DNA of 64,000 nucleotides from Octopus bimaculoides (GCF_001194135.2 NC_068981.1:93084779-93148778); one strand, 5' to 3'. Positions 12,430-25,145 are shown, numbered from the stretch's first letter. The notes: generated by a model not told the origin, from the sequence alone. Numbers and translations: made by a program.

Positions 12430-13310
12430 CACTTTTTTTTTATTTAAATTTATTTATTTACGTTCATATTCCGCATCATATGTGTGAACAACACATGCAA
12501 CCATGGGCAATTGTAAGGCCCTCATCTACGTGTATTTGGTGTTCAAAATTGGTTGCGTTTCAGTTCTGAGGACCGACTCCTGTATTTGCCGCAACGGTGC
12601 GTCACCGGGGTGTCTAGACAGGATTTCTATGCTAATTCTGTCCAGTACACCACAATGTTGTTCTTTGGCATGCTGGTAGAGCACCGAGGTTTGTTTTTGA
12701 TTATTATAGTCCCTCCAATGGTCGTTTACACGCTCAGCCAAACTTCTTGCCGTTTCACCTATGTATGTCGTGTTTCTGTTTTTACACTCACCATCCATAC
12801 AGCTTATTTTGTTGACCACATTTCTGGTTTTGCAGTTGGCACCAGGACTATATTTGCACACAATGCAACTCTCCTCAACACACCTTGTTCTTCTGAAGGG
12901 ATATGTTTTACATATTATTGATCTAATGGATCTCCCTGGTTTTTCTATAACAACTTGGTACTTTTGAGGATTTTTCGAAATCTGCGGGCCAGTTCTCCGT
13001 GTGGCGTGGCGTCCACAAACATTACTCCCTGGAACTTGTCGGTATTGTACCACGTGCTCTTTCTGTTTGTTTTGTCACTAATTCTTTGTAGTCTATTCCA
13101 CTGTTTGTTACGGTACCTAGGTTGTGTTCCATCTGTATCTTTGACAACAATCTCCTCAAATTTCTTGTTAGCTCCTCTGTATACTCAGATTCTATCTTTC
13201 TGGCTGTACCCCGAAAGCTGCATGCGATGCATGAAGTCTTGTATATATCTTTGCCTCTCCCATGGACTGCACAGTAGTAGTTTGTTAATGTAACAAAGGG
13301 TGACTATAAA
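12430..13310 (-). mobile_element. Penelope-like element 3' part: RT thumb, Cys-rich linker, C-terminal GIY-YIG endonuclease (Neptune-like)
   Basis: ORF 12526-13053: CVEESCIVCKYSPGANCKTRNVVNKISC...TYIGETARSLAERVNDH...LYQHAKEQHCG (GIY-YIG). The upstream frame reads MQLSGYSQKDRI*V...VMFVDATPHGELARRFRKIL. A-rich 3' end near 12430-12460. Confidence 0.9.
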
Positions 13311-14514
13311 AATCATATACGAACAATGAGTATATCAAATGAAATGTGTGGTGAAGATGCATTCATCCTAAACTATATAAAGGTGCTTTTAGATAATTTC
13401 AAACAAAAAATTCTAAAATTTATGGCGCTCATTGTTGGATAGTTTAGGTTGAAGGCTTTCATACAACATTCAGTAGAATCTTGTCATTTTAATCGAAGAC
13501 AACGCCATCATTCTCATCAACAATGGCAAGAAACTAATTTTTTGTATCATAAGAGAGGCAATTTCCGACAATATTGGTAGTCAACCCTTAGGGGACAGAA
13601 AATCTTAAAGCCTGACAGGGCTCACAGAATGGATAATGGCTCTCCTCGTTTCAATGTCTTTTACAGTTTTACAGACGATATGAGACATTAAAATGCTTTG
13701 CAAAAGAGATTTGTTGTTATGGCTGCCGTATGACATGCTAGGATACGCTTATAATAAAAGACAAAAAAATGCTCACTCCCCGAAGTACCTATTTCTGTGT
13801 ATCAAGAACTGTGCTGTATAACTGCTGTTTAACCTACTTTGGACACCGAGGCCGATCCATTGGCCCACCAGATACAAGCTGAAAGGATTCTGGGGCCGAT
13901 GTATCAGCCCAATGGAACAAATGGGAATGGTTGGATTTGAAGTGTAATAATCAGAGATCGTCTTTTAGTAGATGTATCTCAAAAGGAGAAAAAATCTTTT
14001 GACCTTTTTGGATTCACATACCAAAACACCATATGTACTTCCTTGAGACGGTAAGCTGTGATTTTAAGTTTTGTGTCTTATTTTCAGCAGAGCGTATGTC
14101 TACCTAAATTATTCATTTTATCGCTCCAAAAGATGCTAATATCTGTAAAACGATCTCGAGAATATTAGTTGAATATTTTTGTAAATGAAACTATACATAT
14201 GTACACGTTTATAGCATATGGATATCTTCAAAACAGACCCCATGGTAAAATAATAGTAACTTGATTAGACTGTTTGACTTTTACAGAAAGTAAAAGACCA
14301 TAGTACAAATAAGATTATTCTAATTCTAATGTGTCGTAATATTTTCAAGGAGAACTAAGCTATTATAAAACACTTCTGATCAGATCAGATGATTTACAAT
14401 AAACTCTCTGACAGGAAACTCTAATTACACGAAGAATATGATATCTAAATATAATTTTGTTGTTTTTAAGAATCATCCTAACTAGATTGTGTTTGGAATT
14501 TCACAGATATACTA

Positions 14515-15328
14515 CGAGGTGACATCAAAACGATCACGGATTAGTTATATTTAATAAAAAATAACTTATTTACTTAAGTTTTACCTCCTTCGAAATAGTC
14601 ACCCCGTGTAGTAATACAGTGGTCCCAGAAATATAGCAGCCCCAACAATACAACGTTTCCACAATTGGAATCCGGTCTGAAAGTCGTTTTCCGTAAGCAG
14701 GTCGCGGACTTTCTGCAATTCAATCTAGATGTTGAAAACGGTGTTAAAACGGTGACCTTTGAGCTCAATTTTCCTACTGGGGAAACGATGGAAGTCCGCA
14801 GATGCTAAATCTGGTAAATAGGTTAGGTGCAAAAGCGATACTATGTTGTTTTTGACGAGAAAGTCACGAATGAGGAGAGCTCTTTGACAGGGTGCATTTT
14901 CGTCGTGAAGAATCCAAATTCATTTTTCATGCTCCTCATATCCGATCGCTTTTGCCGAATGGCCTCCCTCAAACGCTTCAAAACGTCGTAATAGAACTCT
15001 TCATTGGCGGTCTGGCCCTGGGAGACGAATTTTCGATGCTTAATACCACATTTCCGGGGGTGAAGCTGGTGGCAGGTCTTCCAGATTGCTCATCGTCTTC
15101 TAGGGACGTTCTTCTGATTTTGAAGCTCTCATGCTCCTCGAAACATTCCGTACAAATCATTGCCTCGTCGCTGTAAGCTAACGGAAGCATGTTGAATGTC
15201 TCTGTAGCAGACTTCCCAAGTTTCACACCAAATTTCACGTTGGCTCCTTGTTTAAACTGTTTTGTCTATGACAAAAATCGCTGTTTTGTGCTACAGAAAT
15301 TGTCAGGGAACGTTTTGATACCACTTCG
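14515..15328 (-). mobile_element. Tc1/mariner transposon, internally deleted (814 bp), TA-flanked
   Basis: TIRs cgaggtgacatcaaaacgatcac and (reverse complement) cgaagtggtatcaaaacgttccc, each flanked by TA. N-terminal KFGVKLGKSATETFNML...SLEDDEQSGRP and C-terminal HCITTRGDYFEG; central DD(34)D core missing. Confidence 0.9.
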
Positions 15329-16749
15329 TAAATACAATACTTACAATAAATGATATATCAAGGCCTTGAAGCAAATTTCCTCTCAACAACCAGTTTAATT
15401 ACTCGCGCAATCTCTTTATGTATGATTATTTTAAATGACAGCTTAACTCTCATTCATTTCCTTTTTAATTTATCCTAACTGGGGCACACTGCAAATTAAA
15501 TATACAATCATTCTATCAGGAGTCAACTACTAAAGTCCTTGCTGAACAAAGTTGATTATACGTGATTATTAAGAACAAAAATTGTAATTAATTCCGAATT
15601 GATATTCTTTTGATGTGAAGTATATTCCACGTTAATGCTGAGCGGATAATATAACTTCATTAGCATAATTGATTAAACATACAATAGCGAGGGAATTCTT
15701 AAAGTAAGAAACTGTGTAAGTTTAGGAGCTCTTAGTAATAAAATAGAAATTCTTAAAGGAAAGAAATCGATATCGAAAGAGTGATGCAGAGATAAATGGG
15801 ATTTGCCAAGTTATATTATGTCTCGAGGGAAGTTTAATAAATCACAATATGTCTATACGACTGAATTTCATTAAAACAATTCCATGAGAATATTGAACAG
15901 TTAGTAATTATTTGATTTTGCCACCAACTAGAACGCGGAATTACGTAAACATACTCTCTCAACAAGGCTCTTAATGACTATCCGTAACAAATATATTATG
16001 ACCTTATATAACGACCGTTTAAATTTTACATTGTGAATATTTGCATTACAATCTGCATCTTTACACAATGTCAATATATACATAGAATACACATTCTTAT
16101 ATGTATATTTAAATACGAAATGTAAATTGCCACACTAGTATTACTTTTATTCCATTGAATTACCAACTTACGATACACTCATTATTAATTTAAAATCATG
16201 AGGTTAGGACTTCGTAGGCAAAAGAAGGATAACAATATTTGATGTTTAAACTGGGCGAAATTCAAAATACTTAATAGATGAATGCTAATTAACATTTGTT
16301 TCACTGCAATGAGTCGAATCTTTGCTAAAAAAAATGTTAATCAGAAATCAAATGACACCAAACAGTGTTACTTAAAATGTACCATTGAACTCTTAGATTT
16401 TTCATGAAAGAGAATCTTTATATAGTAACTGCTTCCGATAACAGTTAAATATGAGGTCAGTAAACAAAAGATTAAGACAGATTGTAACTACATGGAAGAA
16501 TATAAGGAAGGCCGAGGTGTATAAGGCCGAGGTGTATAAGACAGTATAGGTAGTATAGTGAACAAGGCTACGTCCCTGCAGTACAACGCCGTGTGTTCTC
16601 ATCTGAGTATGGCCATAGTTAGACTATCAAGACAGATGATTTCATACAATTGGTGATGTATACAAATACACATTGTGCATAAACAGAAATATGTAATATT
16701 TTTCCGTAATGTCATGTAATAGTCATTAGTATCGCCACTTCATCAAATA

Positions 16750-18043
16750 AAGGAAGAAGTGCCCAAAAGAAACCGGAAACGTTCTCTGTGGGGAAAGCGG
16801 GTTGTAGTTCAGACTTCCGTCGCTAGAAGCCACTTGATACAATCCTCAGGCATCAGTCTCCCGACCGGCGTCCTCTTTAGGGTCATACTGTCATGTGGTG
16901 CATTGTTGTTTTGCAGTGCTTCTCCCAAGTTCGTTGATTTTTGCGAAGGCTTAAACTAAGAGACAGCATGCTTTCGTAAAATTCTGTTTTCTATTGGAGA
17001 AAACAGCGACCGAAACAGTGGTTATGCTTTAAACAGCTTACAAGGGCGCTGCCATGAATAAAACACGAGTTTACGAGTGGTTTTCGAGCTTCAGGAACGG
17101 CCACTTGTTGCTTGAAGACCAATCTCGTTGAGGACGAACATCGACCTCCTGAACGAATGAAGTCATCACGAAAATTCATGAGCTGATCTTAGAACACCGT
17201 CGCCAAACAATTGACGAACTTGTTAATATGAGCGGTGTATCCTGCCAACGAATTTTGAGCGAGGAATTGCGAATGAAAAGAGTTGCAGCAAAATGTGTGC
17301 CTCGCTTAATCTCAGAAGATTAAAAGTCGCCACAAATGAATGCGTGTCGTGAACTAAAAGAACTTAGGTTATTTTTTATTAAACATAACTAGTCTGGTAG
17401 CCTTTTGATACCGCCTAGTACTTCTTACACACTCGCTATAAATGCAAGATGGTGATGAAAGCAGGTATTACGGCTGTGACCCAGAAACGAAGCAGCAACG
17501 AAGTCAATGCAAGCATTCAATGTCACCAGGCCCCAAAACGCGCATCAAGTAAGATCCACTGTTAAGACAATGCTGATTTGTTGCATCGATGTGAAAGGAA
17601 ATGTCACACGGAATTTGTTCTTCCTGGTCAAACAGTTAACGAGACATTTTACATGGAAGTTCTGAAACGTTTGCCAGACACGGTGAGACAAAAACGTCCT
17701 GTCCTATGGCAACATCACCTTGACTGTGAGATGATTTTTTACTAAAAATGGCATGAAAACACCTATTCATTCGATCTTGCTCACTGCAATTTCTTTTTTT
17801 TTTCCACGAATGAAAAAAGTCTTTAAAGGAAAACAATTTGCAGGTGTGGAAGAGGTGAAGAGAAAAACGACGGAGGTGTTAAAAGGCATCACTTCACAAG
17901 ACGTCCAGGACTGCTTCGAACAGTGGAAAACGCATCTGGACCGAAGCATTGCTTCAAATGCAAAATACGTTGAAGTGTAAACATGTAAAATTAAGTGAAT
18001 AAAATGATATTGCAAAATTCTAGTTTCTTTTGTGTATACTGTA
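16750..18043 (+). mobile_element. Tc1/mariner transposon, near full length, decayed; same family as 1510-2393
   Basis: HTH AMNKTRVYEWFSSFRNG...EDQSR*GR; KRVAAKCVPRL; DGDESRYYGCDPETKQQ at about 17448; C-terminal MKKVFKGKQFAGVEEVKRKTTEVLKGITSQDVQDCFEQWKTHLDRSIASNAKYVE. Degenerate TIRs. An unrelated insert of about 80 bp lies near 17365-17445. Confidence 0.9.
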
Positions 18044-19289
18044 TTTGCATACATTAACAAACTAAAGAAACGTTCTATAGTTTCGCTAAAACACTACATG
18101 AAAGGAATATCCATGAAACACTTCGTAATTACCACCATTCTATTCTGCTTTTTGAAATTCAAACATATATCTTTGCATGCATGCATACATACATACATGC
18201 ATACATACATACATGCATACATACATACATACATGTTTACCTTCATGCTGAATGTAATCGACATTGGCCTTTGAATTGGATATTTAAATACTGCGAATTA
18301 TGAGCGTCGTTGCCGGAAATTTGTGAAAGACTGGGAAGAAGTTGGATTTAAAAGCAGTTCTTTCGATTGTTAATCGGTTGGAAATATACTGAAAGAGATG
18401 TTGATGCTTGATATATTATCTCTTGAAGTAAATGTTCCTGAATTTGAAACCTTTACAACAAATGTCTTTCTCTTCCTTCTCTGTTCCACACAAATTCTGA
18501 AACAAATATAATGTGGCTAAAATTATCATGCCATACATTTATTCTCATAATATTGCATTTGAAGCTCTCTTATCGAAAATGAACTCAAAATGCATGATCA
18601 TAACAGCAAATAGAAATTTCACCGAATCAGCGTCATTGACAGTTTCAATCTGAAAGGAAGCTTAATGACGTCCATTTGTACTTGCGACAATATATTGTGA
18701 AGGTTATTCCTTTGTAATCCAGAGGCAGAATATAGGCACGAAAAAGGTATTGAAGAAAATTTACACTAAAGTGATTAATGTTACGAAATCTAAAATAAAA
18801 TATGTCACTTTGATCTGAATTTTGTGACCTGCTGTTACCAAAATATCCGATGCGCTGTTCGAATGGGATTAATACAGAGAAATATTTTTAGGTGTCTTGC
18901 ACACATATATTTTAAACCTAAGAATATTGGCGTATTACTTCTGGCATAATATCGGAGAAATGCAAGCATAAAGTACCTGTTATATTTGTTTGAGACAGAA
19001 ATGAAAATTATATACATTTATATTCAAGATGTAAGTATTTCGTTCATAATATTTCAATATTTTAGGTGAAAGCGCCTCTACGTAAATTATTAATTTTCAT
19101 CTCTTACCCATATTTATGGGTGTACGTAATCATAACTATGAATTTCCTTCTTGCTACATCATTTTATTAAATATACCAACCAAGAGCAAGTTTTAAGAGA
19201 TCATTCTTTATGTCTCAGTGAAGGTTAACTTGAAGTGGCTAGACACTTATTATTTCTTTGCATACCGACTTCTCAGAGAAGCAGAAATA

Positions 19290-19750
19290 TTAGAAACGAA
19301 CAAAAACATATTTGTTAGTACAAGCCTCATAAATATTCTTCAGCAATCTCTGAAAAAAACTTCTTCCCAGAGATGCAATAGAATTCTAATAAAAATATTG
19401 TTTATGTATCCTTTTCAATCACGCTTAACTTGATGCCAAATATAACTTCATCTAACATAGCAAAATTATATCCAAGCAGGAATAATATTTCTTATTGCAA
19501 ATATCCTAACCCGAAGGAGAAACGTTTAGATTCTGTCTTACCACCTAAGAAGATGGTACATAAATGCAGAGTAAAAACGCCTGAAGCTAACAACGTATGT
19601 ATTGGATTTACTGCAACTGATTTAAAAATTTGCTGCTCTCATAATTATTTTTTCGTGAAACCTGAGGGGAACGAACTTTTATATTACTGTTTGAATATAC
19701 AGAGCATCTGAGAGACCTTACGAACTTAAACGGAGGTATATTTTAAGAAG
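19290..19750 (+). mobile_element. Penelope-like element GIY-YIG relic (different subgroup from 12430-13310)
   Basis: FPEMQ*NSNKNIVYVSFS followed by ORF 19430-19711 MPNITSSNIAK...SYCKYPN...MVHKCRVKT...VCIGFTATDLK. This resembles the SYSCMPN..SII..HN / CNCR / VYK..V / YIG.T signature of Penelope-type ORFs. Confidence 0.55.
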
Positions 19751-20459
19751 AAAAAAAAACAACGAAGACATGGAAAAGAAATTTTAAAAACAGAAAAGGT
19801 GTACCTTGCTTGGGTTGATGCAATATAAATATTCTTTACTCAGATTCATTCATTATAACATTATATAACCAATAATATTATAACATTATATAACCAAAAG
19901 TTTTTAATACTTCCCAAAACTACCAAAATAGTTTCAATGATAAATAAGGCACCTTTTTCATGGAAGAAATTTATCCTCCCTTTACTACTATAAACATTTA
20001 TATCCACAACTAATCGAGTTTGTATTCATATATCTTAGAGCCTCTATGTATCAAATTTACATATAATATATAAACTTTAACACACTACCATCTGTATAAA
20101 TCATGTGCTACTCATCTTGCACTATCATGAACAGCATTTTTCCACGAATGACAGAGGCGGTTTTCGTTACAATGCCGACTGTGATAGGATCAGGAGGGAC
20201 ACAATAATACAGCCCCGGCAGATGCCACTGACGATGCTAAACACTTACAAATAGTTTCTACATGTGCTTTGGGAGCTGACGCACGATTTTGACACACTAA
20301 AGGCTAAGCAATTTTTCTTTACTGATTTCCTTTTCATGTTGTCTGTTCCACGATGTTTCTGAGCATAACATTTGTTCAGTGCAAGAATGACTGGAGGGAA
20401 ACACTGCTTCTTAAAATGCTGCATCAACTTTTTGAAATGTTAGTTATATAAAAACTGAC

Positions 20460-20750
20460 ACTTCGTCGGTTACCACGACAAGGCCTGCTCGTGAAATTAA
20501 CGTATAAATAGCTCGCATCCCGCAGACACGCGTATCCTTAGCGTAGTTCTCAGTGAGATTCAGCGTGCGTGACACGGAATGTGACAAGGCCGGCCCTTTG
20601 AAATACAAGTACAACTCATTCCCGCCAGCTGAGCGAACTGGAGCAACGTGAAATAAAGTATCTTGCTCTAGGACGGTACGCGCCGCGGGGAACCGAATTC
20701 ACGATTTTACGATCGTGAACCAAATACCCTAGCTACTAAGCCACGCGCCT
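20460..20750 (-). mobile_element. tRNA-derived SINE (family C-like head/core + family D tail)
   Basis: Shares gcctgctcgtgaaattaacgt...gtagttctc...gtgacaagg..ccctttgaa with 21942-22329. Head/core (gcaacgtgaaataaagtatcttgctc) resembles the 21447 copy. Confidence 0.7.
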
Positions 20751-21107
20751 GGATATGTAGCACAATATAGAAAACTTTTCTTGGTACAGAGAATAAAGTA
20801 ATTCGTTTATACTTGCTGTGGTTTCAATATTTCACTTTTTTTCACCTCTTAGGAACATAGGCAATGTCACCGATTCTCCATCTGACCGAAAGTAGCTGTT
20901 AGTGCCAACAAATATTTGACTGGTTTTTTAAGAGCGCAATGAACATCTCGCTGCAGTACTTTGTGTGGGTATCAATACCGAACATTTGAGTCTCCTATAT
21001 ACAAAATAAAATAAGTGTAATTGGTCATTTTCTATTATCTAGTGGTAAAAAACTGAACTGCACAGTTGGTATAATTCTGTAGAATAAATTGGATACGGAA
21101 TTATCCC

Positions 21108-21171
<64 letters not shown>

Positions 21172-21356
21172 TTTTTTTCCACGAATGACAGAGGCAAATT
21201 AACACCAAATATAGAGTGCGTGTGTTTTTATTGGCTAAACTGGCANNNNNNNNNNATATATATATACATAACGGTTTTGGCAAACTGTTTTGATCCATAC
21301 GTGTAACTCCCAATAAATTAATTGAGTGCCCTTCTTTCGTTCGTAGTCCACTCAGC

Positions 21357-21393
<37 letters not shown>

Positions 21394-21446
21394 CATACTC
21401 ACGCACACGCACACACACAAACATACGCACGCGCGGACATATATAT

Positions 21447-21705
21447 AGGCGCATGGCTCAGTGGTTAAGATGTTCAACTCACGTTCGAGAGATCGTGGGT
21501 TCGTTTCCCAGAACGGGTGTTGTGTTCTTGAGCAAGCTTCATTTCACGTTGTTCTGGGATCATTTCGTCATCTGACATGTGACACCCATTGCATCTCTAC
21601 AGGTAATGTCGATTTGATGGAGGGAGTGACCTTACACAAACATTTGGTCACTATAAACAAATCATTTGTGTGGTTGGGTTGTTCGGCAGGCAATTTAATT
21701 CTTTA
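21447..21705 (+). mobile_element. tRNA-derived SINE family C
   Basis: A-box tggctcagtgg, B-box-like gggttcgtttcc and core gtgttcttgagcaag. Homologous minus-strand copy at 37468-37700. Confidence 0.75.
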
Positions 21706-21941
21706 TTCATTATAAACCACTAGTGTTGAAGTAGAGGGACAATATAGGAGAGACAAACTATGGGGGTCAAAATAGCGTATAAATAATGAAAGAGCGGAAA
21801 TTAGGAAAATAGAGTGAAGGACACGCGGGACCACAAACCACGCATAACTACTGATCTTCTGATACTTACGTTCTAATCATCTCCGTTTCACATGTAACAA
21901 ATCAGGGCAGGCAGAATGCGTTGGAGCATTAGATAACCTGT

Positions 21942-22329
21942 TGTTGTTGTTGGCACTCCGTCGCTTACGACGACGAGGGTTCCAGTTGATCCGATCAACG
22001 GAACAGCCTGCTCGTGAAATTAACGTGCAAGTGGCTGAGCACTCCACTGACACGTGTACCCTTAACGTAGTTCTCGGGGTTATTCAGCGTGACACAGTGT
22101 GACAAGGCTGACCCTTTGAATTACAGTCACAACAGAAACAGGAAGAAAGAGTGAGAGAAAGTTGTGGTGAAAGAGTACAGCAGGGTTCGCCACCATCCCC
22201 TGTCGGAGCCTCGTGGAGCTTTAGGTGTTTTCGCTCAAGAAACACTCACAACGCCCGGTCTGGGAATCGAAACTGCGATCCTATGACCGCGAGTCCGCTG
22301 CCCTAACTACTGGGCTATTGCGCCTCCAC
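21942..22329 (-). mobile_element. tRNA-derived SINE family D with target-site duplication
   Basis: Minus-strand head tagcccagtag...gtttcgattcc, (CAA)n tail, and TSD agataacctgt (21931-21941) / agataacatgt (22330-22340). Confidence 0.85.
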
Positions 22330-22519
22330 AGATAACATGTAACACTTGATAAAAAAGGAATGTCGCATTGTCTTTTGATCTTCTTTAAGCATCACTGGTA
22401 TTCACATTCAATCATCTCACTTACACGTGTAGCAAGGCATACACTCTCCATTCACGGTGCAGGCCAGACAAAATGGGTTGAAGCTACATATGATTAAATA
22501 GCATGTAAAAATTTATGAA

Positions 22520-23245
22520 AAAGAACATTGTATTGTCTTTTGAGTTCGCTGGGGTTCAGGTGTGTAGGGGTTAAATATGGGGCAACACGTGAACTTCTGT
22601 ATGTATGTTTAGCTAGGGTGGTTTATTTTTCTCCGGGGTTGCTGGCGGTGATATGTCTTGTGCGAATGGATTATATGTGGCTTTGTTTCGGAAAAATGAG
22701 TAGGACGCTTGTGTTTTGTGCATGTATGGGATGATTGCGGGTCATTGGTTGTCTTTGTTTTTGATGGCTTCTTTGTTTGGAGTAACTGAGTAGGATGTTT
22801 GTGGTCTGTGTGTGTATGTTGTTCCTGCAGGTTTGGGGTTTTATTTGATAGTCTTTTTTATGAGTGCGAGGGGGCGTACCTTTCATTTTTCGTCTCTTTT
22901 TGTCCATCCGTAAGGGTTCTCCCCGAACAAGGTTAGTGGCGGTTCATTTGGGGTGTCAGTTTTGGTGCTCTCCACTTCCCTCTGTGACACCTTTCATGTA
23001 AGCTGCTTTATGGTGGTGCTCGTCGCCTTCTGCTTTCTTTCGGGTCGACAGTTGGTGGTGGGTTGATGGGTTGTTTCGTCGTTGTGCTGGTTGGATCCTC
23101 CTTGCTTTTTTTCGGGTCGTCAGACTGTGATGGGTTGCTTGGAGGAGGAGGTGCGTCTAGTTGTAGGACCTGTGGACGTCACGTGGTTTTTATGTGGCCC
23201 TTTTGCCCACCCTTAAAGTAAATTGGACTCTTACCCTCCACCATG
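22520..23245 (-). mobile_element. Non-LTR ORF1/gag-like relic with decayed CCHC zinc knuckle
   Basis: Minus strand VMVEGKSPI-YFKGGQKGHIKTT* (23179-23220) is CX2CX4HX4C with each Cys codon one substitution away. Followed by P/T/K-rich low-complexity sequence. Confidence 0.45.
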
Positions 23246-23582
23246 ACTCTTATATCCGTTCATATATATGAACTCATATATGTACGTATTTGTATGTATA
23301 GATATGTATGTGCATGTACAAAATAGTATATCTGATTAATTTATACTTATTATTTTTATTCAGAAGTGTTTCTTATTAACGAATGACCTACAGTTTCACT
23401 AAGACGTTTTCTAAGCGATCGTGATGAACGGATTCTATAATATTTAAATACAAACAAGTGTCTCTTATGGAATGAAACAAACAGAATTAACGTTTCTATA
23501 TCTTTTTTATTGGCTTTCTTTCCGCCTCCTCTTATTGTGCTGCATCGCTCAAAAATAGTTCTCGCATTATTATAAGCAAAAG

Positions 23583-23782
23583 AAGGCGGTGAGCTGGCAG
23601 AAGTGGTTAGCAGTATTTCGTCTGCCGTTACGTTCTGAGTTCAAGCTCCGCCGATGTCGACTTTGCCTTTCATCTTTTCGGGGTTGATAAATTAAGTACT
23701 AGTTGCCTACTACGATCGATCTAATCAATTGGCCCCCTCTCTCAAAATGTTCGTCGTTGTGCCTAGAGGAGAAAAGGTTATT
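23583..23782 (+). mobile_element. SINE family A copy (tail type 1)
   Basis: aggcggtgagctggcagaa...gttctgagttcaa...gtcgactttgcctttcatc...ttgtgcctagaggagaaaaggttatta. Confidence 0.85.
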
Positions 23783-23792
23783 ACAAGCAAAA

Positions 23793-24030
23793 GAGGGCGG
23801 CGATCTGGGAGTATCGTTAGCAGGCCGGGCGAAACACTTAGGGGTATTTCGTCTGTCGTTATATTCTGAGTTCAAATTCCGTCGAGGTCGATTTTGCCTG
23901 TCATCATTTCAGAGTCGGTTAAGTAAGTATCATTTACGCACTGAGATCAATGTAATTGACTTAACCCCTTTCTTTGTCCTTGTTTGTCCTCTCTGTGTTT
24001 AGCATCCTGTGGGCAATATTGAAATAAATA
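23793..24030 (+). mobile_element. SINE family A copy (tail type 2), head-to-tail with the previous copy
   Basis: Same head and core; tail ttgtttgtcctctctgtgtttagcatcctgtgggcaata matches the 34666 copy. Confidence 0.85.
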
Positions 24031-24444
24031 TATTTATCTTTTATTAACAAACATGATTATCATAATTTTATATAAACTGTGATATAAGATATATTACTTT
24101 TGTTATGAATATAGATATGTTTACTGTATTTAAATTGCTTCGTCTATAGAAAATTATGAAATTAGGTAAAACGTAAATATAGTAATTATATGCTTTCCAT
24201 ATATTAAAAGTTCTAAGCTATATATTTAATTTTTTATCACTTAAATCTGTAATTATCTTGAAAGTCCTACCCTCCTAGTCAATTCATTACAGGAAACAAT
24301 TCCTTTCTCTGAGATTTAACTTTTAGAATAGGTAAAAAATTTACAGATTTCTGAATAATCTAATCGATCTTTTCAATTTAAGTATTTTCCTACCACCACA
24401 AGAAATATCTTGTAAATTGAAACTATTTCAGTAACTATATTTTG

Positions 24445-24487
<43 letters not shown>

Positions 24488-24844
24488 TATGTGTGTGTGA
24501 GTAGCTCTCTATTAAATCTGTCTTATGGAAATAACTTATTGTTTTTAATGTCATATCTATTCATTATGACGGTATACAATGAAACAACTTACATTAACTC
24601 AATTATGCATTCTAAATAAAACATATACATTCTGCACTAACAATTTATTGAGTGTTTAATTGAAATCCAGTCATCTTGGTTTTTCATGGAGAAATACCAG
24701 AAATAAATATGTCTGTGTGTGAGACAAATTCTTCGCAAATGTGTGTATATGAGTATCTAGGTATGTGTCAGTATGTATTAGCGAATATCTATTTTTCATA
24801 TTAAGTATTTACATAGACGACATAGCAATATGTTTAACAATATT

Positions 24845-25060
24845 GAGGCGGCGAGCTGGTTTAAATCGTTAACAAGCCGGGCAGAATGTTTAGCGGCATC
24901 TCGTCCGTCTTTGCGTTTTAAGTATAAATTCCGCTGTAGACGAGTTTTCCATTCATCCTATAGGAGTCGAGAAAATAAGTACCAGTTGAGCATTGGGTAG
25001 GTGTAATCGATTTCCCCCTCCCCCGAAATTACTGGTCTTGTGTCAAAATTTGAAACAAAT
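24845..25060 (+). mobile_element. SINE family A copy (tail type 3)
   Basis: gaggcggcgagctgg...aagtaccagttgagcattggg...ggtcttgtgtcaaaatttgaaac. Confidence 0.8.
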
Positions 25061-25104
25061 ATATTTAACACGATATTTTATATGTATGCAACTATATATA
25101 TATA

Positions 25105-25145
<41 letters not shown>

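Noticed and set aside
13184-13190. In-frame TGA in the Penelope ORF as selenocysteine
   Set aside because: It lies in the RT thumb of a frameshifted, decayed copy and is most simply a CGA-to-TGA CpG mutation.
13500-14056. RT-like remnants (LLFNL) and a GTAAGC donor at about 14052
   Set aside because: Motifs are too degenerate to call, and the donor could be chance.
18284-18700. Minus-strand exon after acceptor tttgtttcAG (18497)
   Set aside because: Careful translation gives a stop within about 42 codons at best; no convincing donor.
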